From contig LSRY02000002.1 in assembly GCA_001643675.2 (NCBI GenBank), forward strand, positions 2,567,572-2,631,571: a stretch of DNA of 64,000 nucleotides, written 5' to 3'. The notes beneath the pieces were generated by a model that was not told the DNA's origin, ran no database searches, and saw nothing but the letters and a program-made list of their open reading frames with translations. The number at the start of each line of letters is the position of its first letter. The stretch's first letter is position 1. The translations under genes and the position numbers were made by a program. Shown one piece after another: positions 12,701-22,405 of this stretch. The stretch comes from Monocercomonoides exilis PA203 (Eukaryota; Protista; Preaxostyla).

Positions 12701-14582
12701 AAATGTGTTTATTGAAGCTGGGAATTTCTCAAATAACAATCCATCTATTGAAAGATATCCATCACTGAGAAGAAATATCATCTGTTCAGACTCAGGAACA
12801 TTGAATGTGCTGAGTTTGAAGGGAGGAGATGGATTGAAGGATAATACTTCACTTTGGATGTTGAATGATGGATGCAGTTTTGAAGGGATTGCTTCAGAAA
12901 GGGATTCATCATTCTTTATTCCTGTGTTGGAGAGTGTGGAAGCAAAGGAAGAGACAGATAGAATGAAGCTGACATTCAAAGGGATGCTTCTTATTCCATG
13001 CAATCTGTCATTCTCAGTTGTGAAGAGGAAAGGAGAAGAGAAAGAGATTGAACATTACGATTTTGATTCAAATGGATTTTTATCGGAAAGAGAAGCAGAA
13101 GGAAGTGTGGCAAAAGATCTCATCAGCAGTTGTGGAAATGAAATTGAGGTGAGCGTACATGTTTTGTTTGGGAGATCAGAATCTCCTTCTTCAACGCACT
13201 CGTTCATCCTGAAGAACAGAAGCGAACCAGAATCAAAAAGAGATGAAAGGATTGCTGAAGGAGGAAACGAAGGAAAATCGTCGTGGGCGCTGATTGTGAT
13301 TGTTATGTTGGCTGTGTTGTTTTTAATTGTCCTCATTGTATCAATTGTGGTAACTCTTCGATGGATGAATTCAAAGAGAAGAACAAAAGAATTAGAAGAG
13401 ATCGTAAACGACACAGTGAAGAAGGATCCGAAGGCATTTGAAATGGTGACGATGGAGATGTCTCCCGAGGAGCAGTGGAGGAGAGCGGAGAGGGAGGCAG
13501 AAAAGAAGAATGAAGAGAGGATAAAGAAGAGAGTGTACGAGAAAAGCTTGGGGCACTCAGAGTCATCTGAACATCTTCTTTCCGAAAGCGGCTCAACAGA
13601 ATACATTTTGGGGAGAGATTCAGACAAGATCCCTCAATGGGCATTGGAGAATGTTGAGGAGGAAGAGACCAGAAAGCGAACACCGTCACCATCCATTTCA
13701 TCCACTTCAACCACAGACACTTCAGACACAGAATCCACATTTGTTCGCATGGAAGATGCGTGCCCAACCACTTCATCGATGTCGAATCTGGTGGATGCAA
13801 TGGCCTGTTCGTCTCCTCATGAGAAACTGATTGTGGACTTGAGAGATTCTCTGTTCATGCTGCTTCATGGGAGGAATGAAAAGAAGGAGATGGCTATCGG
13901 CACTCTGGAGGAGCGGGTGATGACTGGTGCTCAGATCCTGTTCTGGGTGGCCAATCTTGCTCTCCACTCCTTTGATGAAATGGAAAATCCTCTCCAATCA
14001 CTGGCAAATCTGAGTCCTCACATTGTTCTTTTCTCAGAGCACATGGTGATCTGTGTTGCCCTCCACTCCGACTGCTCATCAGACTCCGACACTTCATCCT
14101 CCATCTCTTCATCAACTGTTGTGACCTCTGCCAGTGATGATGATGATGGTGACTCTCTTCCCTCATCAGCGTTTGAGGATGAGGATGATCTCAGGAAGGA
14201 GTGCATGCGGTGGAAGGCGCCTGAGCTGCTGATGAACAAGAAGATGGGAGCAACGAAGAAGTCGGTTGTGTTCTCGATCGGGATGATGCTGTGGGAGTGC
14301 CTGACGCTGCAGATCCCGTTTGGGGAGTATGAGCCGATAATCGCTGGGCAGAAAATACTGAATGGAGAAAGACCAAACATGGATGTTCTTCAAGATTGCT
14401 ATTTGAAGAGAATGTTGAAGAGTTGCTTCTCTGAGGCATCAATTGATCGACCATCGCTCAATGATTTGAAGCGAGAGTTTATCAAGTATTTTCCTGCAGG
14501 CTCAACAATTCCAACTGTAACAGATGCAATCATGATTGAGAAAACGAGTGGAAGCAGCAAAGGAGAAAAGATTAGTGAATAA
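6774..14582 (+). CDS. Giant single-pass surface receptor: Cys/Gly-rich beta-helix-like (Pmp/pectin-lyase-like) ectodomain plus a degenerate TKL-type kinase-like C-terminus
   Basis: 2602-aa ORF. N-terminal hydrophobic signal; repeated GGAI/GGGI motifs; four CG.x(4-5)C.S/T modules and recurring N.A..G.D.F motifs; TM segment WALIVIVMLAVLFLIVLIVSIVV; kinase C-lobe motifs RWKAPE, VFSIGMMLWE...IPF, GERP and C...RPS. Confidence 0.85.
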   Translation: MIIKTELFLLLLFSCMEFQSNNAIDGIQVQRMRQDFNKIESLNEVLTKNDICNEISNKFGLNDKRFKVGEINHCFHFGSVVCSTVILHNSTSNNLHITFSTQNERAILNISGSSLSIISCRIICSESLENSLFYGEGLTIITNLTMRYCSENSLKASIFSFSCMNSAFIVQNSIFCDKMSIERSFLLSGTVGFEKVQNCIFRNISQKGEIVERVKNEGSWRESFMEDCLIECSKNALEGGISCGSCYSSCLFCRNTSFIGNTRSDILSSSQSRIDTTETQLYEKVEWINCNASCGGAIYIHDNFGASLTVNNSSFIRCNATSTRGGGIYAVSIAGCFVKDSTFEGCYCVSSTNNGGACIGMEFLSNQAFVENCLFKDGWSGNDAGGLGIWSSMTTRTKDCVVDCSFVNCSGNDGNSDGGGFTSWSPSDKIVLRNCLFQDCLSLYCGGGLSIQVGHFEGEALLFCFFHNNCCPRGNDIAVRDCSTSSKIAWCFTTRTDGNRYYADEDKSEWLPNGGRSRFVASKEIQANAKDTFSCGLNESYTCLTISHCLSQMIVGFVEEIKVLSGTVVEGKGIDIGEKTITVNGASSSGSAIETKFESNGLSLFCVGTGELAVSDLSVVHNSSFENNRQCRLFEVEGSGLMDVKRMNISMDAAHSEERSIQNSLVKLEGGELKMQDVRWEQTFSTTSVMSLSQESSVTLSLDNCAFSNIVRTTAGSSLMSVSEGLYSITLEGCTIDGCVNEDCEFGGGMMAEVGSGSSLNVKGGIVKNCYASATQGRGGGIGLKVKDTSADFLISSAFEGNRARWGSDIFVDSIDLESTATSGKITSLTASLETKSKMQGYENGDESFPIPLCVYLWNNFSPPAFVGGGSLSHDFSKCGFEEFPCSSISKAASLHFEGKIKDVALLEPFSFEEELELTSNEWSITSKEDEMKCDVSDQKEGAQSGLIENSVSVSVTGIVFSITKLLTFHESVFECHLGKLTLNECGMEGGDETISTVFVKAVGGVVEVSEFGSKSVAKWGFSFFIVEGDSRSKPSMNMTNSNFGEISFADGCVVECHNGNIEEISGCTFSSITRSKRSGGCISIVNNEDDDDGRDFKVEINDCTFEGCAITGEEGNEIGGGALFCEASSKTNLLINLCKFYYCRAPYEERSVGYGGGIMLKILKEEEGKAGFVISSLAFSSGKPNNAKYGKDLFISSPSLISSIKNETLPFVNDRLEMLTEDSMRGYDGENRECAIPLIYFWKKVGSNVHVDQEGNNVVVCGLSEYPCGSVDYGLKRGSRLGIESIAIQGTCNVRSEMRMSGMKLEGTNRESDKIQFVKEIEGDEDAVVECKGIVQFNGLGILIPSSFDNGASILIQTGSDSVKTSVVCCSINTSDNVIGEVSFVLISASKGIVSIEKTEIVGFSTMHEIMSISADCVTTMNNVIFKDISLSGKSAIAMREIEIPGNGNDNSEEERIVLFEQCSFLNVKHSMSSNPSFLFCDVPNEVNLKMENSTIDGCGSTSSNEGGGVFFLLNEKGSLEINHTNVTECFCSNIGRGGGIFLKSQSDSQKALPFVLSNITFKGNVALKGRDVFVKCTDLDSQISESQFLINFGEPFVRELAIWGCTADNYGDEEDLLGRVYVFRSEFMFVSSIVENSNDSKNCGEMKSACSSLNVGVSHIIPSDYSLLFVWNETVLTGSCSAQKVTIKSMEANRNAEIKVREFDLACEGVVRTSESVRFEKVSFVFSGMRNIVCSCLIHQLNGSLILESVSFLFENKTKENSQIIFDFSLIVVEEGIFQADRCSVGHLSFSKTVFEIFHSKMAAFEDVGVDDVECKSSLIECGKSEKVSVSKLTATNILLEDESLISLENSHSSLVLSLVLSSFTNISRSSDGPCIVCTSHPIGCFEMCNCSFHECSSELPKGSQIAMALVEKILIESCVFEGSLEERNENYMNQEEEICRWNGSLVDVEKSSVMIKDTTISNSPEGGITMSGGNVFIEAGNFSNNNPSIERYPSLRRNIICSDSGTLNVLSLKGGDGLKDNTSLWMLNDGCSFEGIASERDSSFFIPVLESVEAKEETDRMKLTFKGMLLIPCNLSFSVVKRKGEEKEIEHYDFDSNGFLSEREAEGSVAKDLISSCGNEIEVSVHVLFGRSESPSSTHSFILKNRSEPESKRDERIAEGGNEGKSSWALIVIVMLAVLFLIVLIVSIVVTLRWMNSKRRTKELEEIVNDTVKKDPKAFEMVTMEMSPEEQWRRAEREAEKKNEERIKKRVYEKSLGHSESSEHLLSESGSTEYILGRDSDKIPQWALENVEEEETRKRTPSPSISSTSTTDTSDTESTFVRMEDACPTTSSMSNLVDAMACSSPHEKLIVDLRDSLFMLLHGRNEKKEMAIGTLEERVMTGAQILFWVANLALHSFDEMENPLQSLANLSPHIVLFSEHMVICVALHSDCSSDSDTSSSISSSTVVTSASDDDDGDSLPSSAFEDEDDLRKECMRWKAPELLMNKKMGATKKSVVFSIGMMLWECLTLQIPFGEYEPIIAGQKILNGERPNMDVLQDCYLKRMLKSCFSEASIDRPSLNDLKREFIKYFPAGSTIPTVTDAIMIEKTSGSSKGEKISE

Positions 14583-15359
14583 TTTTGACTGTCAACGTGT
14601 CACGGAAACTTATGTTGAAAAGAAAAAAAAAATTAAATGACGAAGAGAATTTGACCTTGTTGAATATTTGTGAATGGAAGTTATAAAAATATTATATATT
14701 TTTGTCAAAAGTGATTTGTTCATCCGAACTAATTTTTACTTATCTATTATCTCTCTGGTTATCAAGTTGGAGAAGAAATGACATTTCAAATTTGGTGTTA
14801 TTATTATTATTGTGATGATTGATGTTTTTATTCAAAAAGCTTAAAATATTGACTTTTGTGAAAAGATGTTTGTGATCAAAGAAAATAATATTCTGTGATT
14901 TTTTTGTTGGAATATTATTGTTAAAAATCATTTTTTTTCATTTTGTGTGGATAGATTACATTTGCTTGTATTGCAAAATGTGCCATAAAATATTACTTTT
15001 TTGGGCTAATGAATTCGTGTGAAATCTCAAGCAATCTTTTAATATTTGAAGCCCAATTAAAGGCACTATCTACTTGGTATTTGTAAGATTTTTTTGAATT
15101 TTTTGAAAAATAATTTCAAAAAACTGGAAAGCACCTTAAGTTTCCGAATTATTATCGCATTTTATTATTGTAAATTTTTAACAATATTCTTATAAAGTTT
15201 TAAATACGAAAAAAATGTCATGAAACAAAAAACAGAATGCAGCAAGCATTTACAAAGTCTGAAAAAAATATTCAACTACTATCAAAAATTAAAATATTAA
15301 ACAAATAGCTTTTCTATAAAAAGAAAAAGTATTAGTTGTAAATATAGGTTAGAGAATGA

Positions 15360-18300
15360 TCAATTAAGAAACGAAGCAGAAGATGGCCCATTAAAATCTG
15401 AAAGACGAATCGGAGAAAACATTTCTGGATCAACCTCTGTAAGATGATGCTGGGAGTCGCTTAAGGATTGCGCAGCAGAAGAGCATCGAGACGAAGCAGA
15501 TGCCTTTGTGGAGATAATGCTGGTATTCGATGAATCCAAAGAAGTTCGAGAAGAGCTTGAAGGAGAAGGAGGCGTTCCAGATGAAATTGACGATGAAAAA
15601 TGATGGACACACGATGATGTACTGTTGCTTTTTGATGGGTGCTGTTCATGAGCGTTATAAAAGGTCTGAAGGGTGCCGAATGATGAGACGTCTGAAGGTT
15701 TTGAAGATTGCTGCTGAGCAGTTGTGATTTCTGAAGTTGTTGCAGAGGAAGCTTCTGTGAAGATGGTGGAAGTAGCTGGCGAAGTGCTGCAAGACATGCA
15801 GCGAAGCGACTTAGAAACCGACGGAGAAGGTGGAAGTGAAGTTGCCCGTGGCTGTGAAGGCGGACAGGTAGGAAATGCTTCCTGAAGCTCTGAGTATGAA
15901 CTGTTATTTGTGAGTATCTGCGCCAGCGACTTGTTAGAATATGAACGGCAAAACGAACGTGAATGAGTTTGTGCAGCAGACTCCTTTGAGTTAAAATCAG
16001 ATGCTTTCTCGGTGCATGGAACAGACAGCTCGTATTGATCCAGCTTATCAGAGTGCTCGCAGGAAGTTGTTTGCAGCGGCATTTGAACTACTTGCTTTGA
16101 ATCTGTCGACTGCTCAGAGTGCATTATACCTTTCTGCTTCAATTCGAGAAGTGCGTCTTTGACAAACGTGTAATCAGGAGTCGGGCAGCTTTCGCTGGCA
16201 TCGTACTCTTCAATCGCATTTGGAGTCGCAAGATGGCTTGGGTTCATCAGTTGATACATGTTTTGATACATCGGAAATTGAGGCAAAGCACGTGAATCGT
16301 CATGAGGAAGCGGTTCATCGGCCAAATCGTCATTTTTCATGTTTATACAGCTTTCGTTTGTATCGGGACCTGGAGGACAAGAATTTGAGGGTGGAAAAGT
16401 TATTTGAAGCATTTTAGCTTCGCATTTTCGACGCATCTCTTCAGTCTCGTCTGATCCAACGGGCGCGCAAGGTAAATTATTGGCTTCTTCTGCTACAATA
16501 ATGTTAGCATTTATTGTCGGTTCATCGCGTTCTATTTTGTTGGGGTCCACTTGCTGCATCTCCTTCTTTTTCTTCCTTCGAAGCACAAAAAACACAACTG
16601 TCATGATTGTCACTGCCGCTGTCACAGACACCGCTGCCGCTACGCTTCCGACGACAATCTCTTTCGACACGTTTCCTGCGCCTTTGCCTGTTCCGTCGTC
16701 TGTTCTGTTTCTGAGGCACACACTTGACGTTTGAGATGTGCACGAGTCATTAGCGCGAAAAAGGATAGCTGCAAATACAAAGCAATTGGCGGGGGCATTG
16801 CTAACAAGAGACGATGGAATTGAGCCGATTGCTGTTGTCTCGTTGAGTACAGACGTAAAATGAAATGTGTATTCTTCAGCTTTCGATCTGGCAGGCATTT
16901 CTATTGCTTTGCTATGTTCCGCAGCTACTTCAAAATAGCCTTGCTTTTCTAATTGTTCTGAAGAAATAATGATTTGAAATGAAAGATCGCAAGGAAAAAG
17001 TAGCTGACCTCGGAATGTCAACTCCAAATCATCGTTTATTGCCTGAGAAGTGACTGTTGCGAGAGAAGGGATGAAAAACGGAGAAGATCTTTCGGCAGCC
17101 AGTCCGATGAAGGTGCATCCTTCATTCATGAACCACATTGATGCTCCGCTTCTTGCACCATCGCCGCTCTGAAGACTTTGCACGTCGACGCTGCCTGCTC
17201 CTTCACACAGAAGATTCTGAGAAAAAGAAGGAAACGCATCAAACCCGATCTGATTGCTCTCAAAGCGGCACTGCTGAATAGCAACGCTGCTTCGATAAAC
17301 AGAAATGGCGCCTTTGGAAGAGCGAGTAAAGGAGACCGAATTCAAAATGGCTGTGCAGTCTTCAAAATGCAGAAGCGACGAAGCAGAAATGCAAGTGAGA
17401 GAAGAAGACGAGTGAGAAGGTGAATGACGCAAATGAAATGATTCCTTTTTCAATACATACGGATGATGAAGTGAAGTTTGTAAGGGTAAATCTGAGGTGG
17501 GTAAATGAAGAACAGAAGAGGCAGCATACTGTGAAGATGCTGCCATAACAGAAACAGATCGATAAAAGTTGTCCGGATGTTGTGAAATGTTGGAGGCGTT
17601 GCTAATTTCAGGAATATCGTGAAGTGCCGAATGAAGTGACCTGTTATGAAATGGGGCAGAAGGTGAGAGAGAAGAATCAGATAAGCCATCTGCAGAACTT
17701 AACTGCAAATTGGAAGAGGAAGAAGAGAAAGTCGAAAACGAAGTGTTATTGATGCTAACATTGGGGCAGTTCTTGAGAGTGAACAGTGATCCTTTGTTAT
17801 TCGTGTAGTGAGCATTGCGCGAGAGGATTCCGTCAGACAGAGAAACATTAGAGCACGAGGAAAAAGACATAAGCGGAGAAAAAGTGACTAATTGGGAGGC
17901 CAAAGAATGAATTTTAACGGAACAGTTCGATATGTTGAAGAGACAGAACGAATAAAACAGCATCGAATGCTGAGAAAAGAAAGAATGCCCGCTGGAATTA
18001 TCAGCCGCTGAAGAATTAGAACGTGCATCAACTAAAAAAGGATAAGCTCCGACGAGCAAGTCAGACAAATGTATATCAAGAGAATTGATGGCTGTGCTTA
18101 TCATCACATTGTTCAATGCGAATCTTCCAGAAATCACTGCAAAAAGCGCATTTCCGTTGCTCAGCTGGAATGTTGCACCAAACCCCAAAATAAGGTTGGA
18201 AATGCCGCTGTTGCCAGAAAAAAGAAAAGCAGAACCCGAAGCAAAAGACTGTAAAGAAGATTCGAACATCAGGCAAGAAAAGTTGCATTGCTGATCTCCG

Positions 18301-21300
18301 TTCGACCTGAGTTGTTGTTTTAAAGAGAGATCCCTAATGATTCGTGTGAAGGAGCAAGAAGACGTCTGTCCATCAACCGAAGAACTGATTAGGGTGCTTT
18401 TGAACTCGTAGCAGTTGGTGATCGAGTAAGTGTTGGTAACAATGAGCGTGTTCTGTTCGGCTGTCTGTGCGGCAGCTGTGGAAAAGGTGTCTGTAGGAGG
18501 AAAATGCAGAAGAGCCTCGCCAAGCGTTTTGCACGGCATGTTTTCTTTTCCGCAGAAGATCGAGTCAACACCGTCGGAAGACGAGAGAACCACGAAATAC
18601 CACACAAACACGATGCCTTCAGATACAAGATCGGTGACGTTGAATGAATGAGAATCTGTTCCGCAAACAGAATTTGTAAGATCGTTGTCAAGGGGACTCA
18701 TGATGAGTGAAAAGCAAGTTAGCTTCATTTGCGCCGGTAGATTGTTGTAATAAATGAATATATCCTTTCCATACGTTGCAGAATTGTTGCACATCCTATC
18801 ATATTTGAAATCGAATGGCTCCAGTGAATAAAATGAAGATGGAAGCGATGGTGAAGACGGTGAGATAGGAACTGAATAATAATAATATGAATGAAAAGAA
18901 GAAACTGGAATTGTTAGATTAATAAACACAGCTCCTCCCAAACTGATTGATTCCTCAAATGCCTTGTTATCTTCAATGCACACGCATCCCTCAAAATAGG
19001 AATAAGATATTTCCATTCTATCTCCTTCTCCCATAATCATTCCCAGAGCACCTCCAGCTAAGCAATATTCCGAAGAAACAGACTTTGCTGAGACATTGCA
19101 GATGGTCAGATCAACTGGTGTAAGCGAAGGCGGAACAGAAGGAGGATTTTGTGGTGGTGGATAAAGTGTGTTGAGAGCGGTGAACACAACAGGCACAGCA
19201 GATGATGATGAGATATTGCTAATGTTGCTGTCGCATATTTCTATGATGCGCTGAACTGAAGGGTCGTATGCGAGGTTGAGGGACTCAAAAAGACAAATGA
19301 GAGATTTTTGAGTTGTTATTTCGCTGAAACTTGTGTTGCTCAGTCGGAGTGCTCCATTTACGACAACAAAGACATAACAAGAAGCAACGGACGAAGAAGA
19401 AGATGTGATACGAAGAGTGTTGACAGAAATAGAACCAAATTTTGCAGGGGTCGTTGAAGAAAGCAAAAAAGTGGGTGCAGACAGTGAAGATTGCAGGAGA
19501 GAAACGCGGATGCGAAAGATGGACAAGGAGCCTGTGCTGACTGAAAGGAGAGAGCCTGACTCGAGGCTGGACGTAGAAAGTGTCGAGGTCTCTGCCGTAC
19601 AGCCTTCAATCACTAGCTTTTTGCTACTTACGTTTCCGCCTTGAAATGTCGTGAAGGTTCCTTCTCCGAAAATAACCCTCGAAGTGCTCCTTTCTCCGTC
19701 GTCGGCGTAGTTTACCGCCTCAAAAAGCGAGCTGCAGGGAAAGATCGGACTCGCTCCGCAAAGAATTGTGGAGTCTCCTTGAGACTGAAACTCGGCAACG
19801 TATCGTTCAAAAATCAACGTGGATATCCAATTGTCGCATTGAATGCCTCGAGACTTTAGAAGAATTTGCGCTCCGTCCTGATTTGTAAAGGCATCTGAAA
19901 AGATGTTTTTATCCAATCCACAATGAGGTTGCTCTTCATCAAATAATACCAAGTATCCTGAATCTGTCTGCTTGCAGCTTAGAAAGTACAAACTCTTAAA
20001 TAGTATTAAGTTATTTCGCACGTTTGAATTGAGAGAGAAATAAAGAAATAATGCGCCCATGTCTGTATCAATGCTTGTACACAATCTAAATTTCGATCCA
20101 ACAGATAAGCAGCTATCTTCTTCAGAAACGTTAAAATCGCATATGTATAACGCCCCTCCAGAAGAGAAAGACTGACACTCGCTAAAGGTATTATAATCCA
20201 ATTGTATTGATGAAATTTTGTAGAGAGATAGGCCTCCTCCACATCCTCCCAAGGAAACGCAGTTATTAAATACAGAATTCGTTATAATCCCAGTGTTAAT
20301 TCCAGAAGCTGCAATAGCTCCGCCGTTATGTGAAGATCTGCACGCTCTGAAATCGCAAGTATCAATGGAAAGAGAAATACTTACACCACTTCCGGCTTGT
20401 GGAGAAATATTTATTGCGCCTCCTTGGCAGTTTTCATCTTCCGTTTGGCACGTCGTTGAAAGATTTGGCGTTGTACAGTAGTAAAATGAATCGAGCTGAA
20501 AGTAAACAGATTTTTTAATAATTTGTTGTTGAGTATGCTTTTTCAAAACATTTGGCTTCGATGATCTGTAACAGTGTTCACATGTATTGTTCAATGAATA
20601 TAATGAGTACATAACAGAGCTACTGTCATCCATAATTCCATTATTTATTACATTTTCACACATATAAAAGCAAGAGCATTGCATATATGAATAATCTACG
20701 TTCAAAACCTGAATGTTAGAAGAAAATGGCTTATTAACGCTACGTGAAATATTGCACATTTTCATTTTATGGAAATGAACTAATTCTCCCTTTCCAAAAC
20801 ACAATGGATTTGAACACAGAAGCGATAATGAAGAAAAATCAGATTCTTCAATAAAAAATGAACCGCACCCGCTAAGTAATTGCACAAAAAAAGAAAAAGA
20901 AGTAGATTGAACAAGGCGATGAAGAAATGAAATGTTCTTCGCGTGTATAAGCCCGCTTGAAGAAATAACAGAAATATCATTATGAATTGTTTGCAAAAAC
21001 TGGCAATGAAAAACATCAATACAAGAATTCTGATCAGAAATTAAAATTGAAGAATTAACATCTTGAATTATTTCTGTGCATATTAAACCAATGCTAGAAT
21101 TATTCAATAATACGCAAGGCTTTGAACAAAAACGAAAACAAATAAATGAAGCATATTCCGAAAGACCAAAAAAAGATTCAATTGAAGATATTTCCATCTC
21201 GTTTTTGCTAAAAGAAAAAAAGAAAAAGAAAATGATAGCCCCCAAAAGAATCATCCATCTATAATAAAAGATCGTGTTTTGCCCATAAATTTTTTCTATT

Positions 21301-21383
21301 TCAAAATGTTCATACGGGATAAAATTTTTGCATTTATGAAAGAAACAACGATTTGTTCCAAACTTTTTCTCCAACCTTATCAT
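15360..21383 (-). CDS. Giant single-pass surface protein of the same family, with a Ser-rich cytoplasmic tail and no kinase; likely start at 21254 (MILLGAIIFFFF)
   Basis: 2007-aa ORF with GGAI repeats, CG...PC.SL modules, NNSATYGKDIF and the juxtamembrane block GDGARSGASMWFMNEGCTFIGLAAERSSPFFIP (compare GDGLKDNTSLWMLNDGCSFEGIASERDSSFFIP in 6774-14582). The TM segment is followed by RRKKKK. Confidence 0.85.
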   Translation of the reverse strand: MIRLEKKFGTNRCFFHKCKNFIPYEHFEIEKIYGQNTIFYYRWMILLGAIIFFFFFSFSKNEMEISSIESFFGLSEYASFICFRFCSKPCVLLNNSSIGLICTEIIQDVNSSILISDQNSCIDVFHCQFLQTIHNDISVISSSGLIHAKNISFLHRLVQSTSFSFFVQLLSGCGSFFIEESDFSSLSLLCSNPLCFGKGELVHFHKMKMCNISRSVNKPFSSNIQVLNVDYSYMQCSCFYMCENVINNGIMDDSSSVMYSLYSLNNTCEHCYRSSKPNVLKKHTQQQIIKKSVYFQLDSFYYCTTPNLSTTCQTEDENCQGGAINISPQAGSGVSISLSIDTCDFRACRSSHNGGAIAASGINTGIITNSVFNNCVSLGGCGGGLSLYKISSIQLDYNTFSECQSFSSGGALYICDFNVSEEDSCLSVGSKFRLCTSIDTDMGALFLYFSLNSNVRNNLILFKSLYFLSCKQTDSGYLVLFDEEQPHCGLDKNIFSDAFTNQDGAQILLKSRGIQCDNWISTLIFERYVAEFQSQGDSTILCGASPIFPCSSLFEAVNYADDGERSTSRVIFGEGTFTTFQGGNVSSKKLVIEGCTAETSTLSTSSLESGSLLSVSTGSLSIFRIRVSLLQSSLSAPTFLLSSTTPAKFGSISVNTLRITSSSSSVASCYVFVVVNGALRLSNTSFSEITTQKSLICLFESLNLAYDPSVQRIIEICDSNISNISSSSAVPVVFTALNTLYPPPQNPPSVPPSLTPVDLTICNVSAKSVSSEYCLAGGALGMIMGEGDRMEISYSYFEGCVCIEDNKAFEESISLGGAVFINLTIPVSSFHSYYYYSVPISPSSPSLPSSFYSLEPFDFKYDRMCNNSATYGKDIFIYYNNLPAQMKLTCFSLIMSPLDNDLTNSVCGTDSHSFNVTDLVSEGIVFVWYFVVLSSSDGVDSIFCGKENMPCKTLGEALLHFPPTDTFSTAAAQTAEQNTLIVTNTYSITNCYEFKSTLISSSVDGQTSSCSFTRIIRDLSLKQQLRSNGDQQCNFSCLMFESSLQSFASGSAFLFSGNSGISNLILGFGATFQLSNGNALFAVISGRFALNNVMISTAINSLDIHLSDLLVGAYPFLVDARSNSSAADNSSGHSFFSQHSMLFYSFCLFNISNCSVKIHSLASQLVTFSPLMSFSSCSNVSLSDGILSRNAHYTNNKGSLFTLKNCPNVSINNTSFSTFSSSSSNLQLSSADGLSDSSLSPSAPFHNRSLHSALHDIPEISNASNISQHPDNFYRSVSVMAASSQYAASSVLHLPTSDLPLQTSLHHPYVLKKESFHLRHSPSHSSSSLTCISASSLLHFEDCTAILNSVSFTRSSKGAISVYRSSVAIQQCRFESNQIGFDAFPSFSQNLLCEGAGSVDVQSLQSGDGARSGASMWFMNEGCTFIGLAAERSSPFFIPSLATVTSQAINDDLELTFRGQLLFPCDLSFQIIISSEQLEKQGYFEVAAEHSKAIEMPARSKAEEYTFHFTSVLNETTAIGSIPSSLVSNAPANCFVFAAILFRANDSCTSQTSSVCLRNRTDDGTGKGAGNVSKEIVVGSVAAAVSVTAAVTIMTVVFFVLRRKKKKEMQQVDPNKIERDEPTINANIIVAEEANNLPCAPVGSDETEEMRRKCEAKMLQITFPPSNSCPPGPDTNESCINMKNDDLADEPLPHDDSRALPQFPMYQNMYQLMNPSHLATPNAIEEYDASESCPTPDYTFVKDALLELKQKGIMHSEQSTDSKQVVQMPLQTTSCEHSDKLDQYELSVPCTEKASDFNSKESAAQTHSRSFCRSYSNKSLAQILTNNSSYSELQEAFPTCPPSQPRATSLPPSPSVSKSLRCMSCSTSPATSTIFTEASSATTSEITTAQQQSSKPSDVSSFGTLQTFYNAHEQHPSKSNSTSSCVHHFSSSISSGTPPSPSSSSRTSLDSSNTSIISTKASASSRCSSAAQSLSDSQHHLTEVDPEMFSPIRLSDFNGPSSASFLN

Positions 21384-21599
21384 TATAAGTCTTTCATTCC
21401 CATGTCAAAAAAAATGCAGAAAAATACTAAAATTGAGAAAAATATTTGTTTGAGTTGAATGGAACAAAATTCATAAAGCAAAATATTTCGTCCCATCCTC
21501 ATTTATCACAAAAACAATAATTTTATCATTCAGCATGCTCTGAAAAAATATTGTTTTCAATTGTGTTATCTATCCAAATTTGACTGTTGTGAGATTTCG

Positions 21600-22105
<506 letters not shown>

Positions 22106-22405
22106 AAATAAATCAATGAAATGAATTATTTCAATTTTTTTTTGAAACAATTCAGTTAAGAAAATTTTCTTCAAAATAAAAACTAATAAATAAATTTTAA
22201 AACTTGGGGATAAAAGGGCTTTCAAGCTTTTTTTTCACAACTTAAAAAAACTTTGTTTCACTGACAACCTTTTTTTATATTCTCTGATTTCCCTACAAAT
22301 TAAATTTAATATCTGTTGATAAGCATTAGTGGGTTATAATATTCAAATTCGTGACATTCGAATAACTCGAAATAATGATCTCTTTTAATTTTCTTTTGGA
22401 TAATA

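Noticed and set aside
7811-21264. Many 60-190-aa antisense or alternate-frame ORFs in the two giant genes
   Set aside because: Shadow ORFs explained by the codon bias of the real CDSs.
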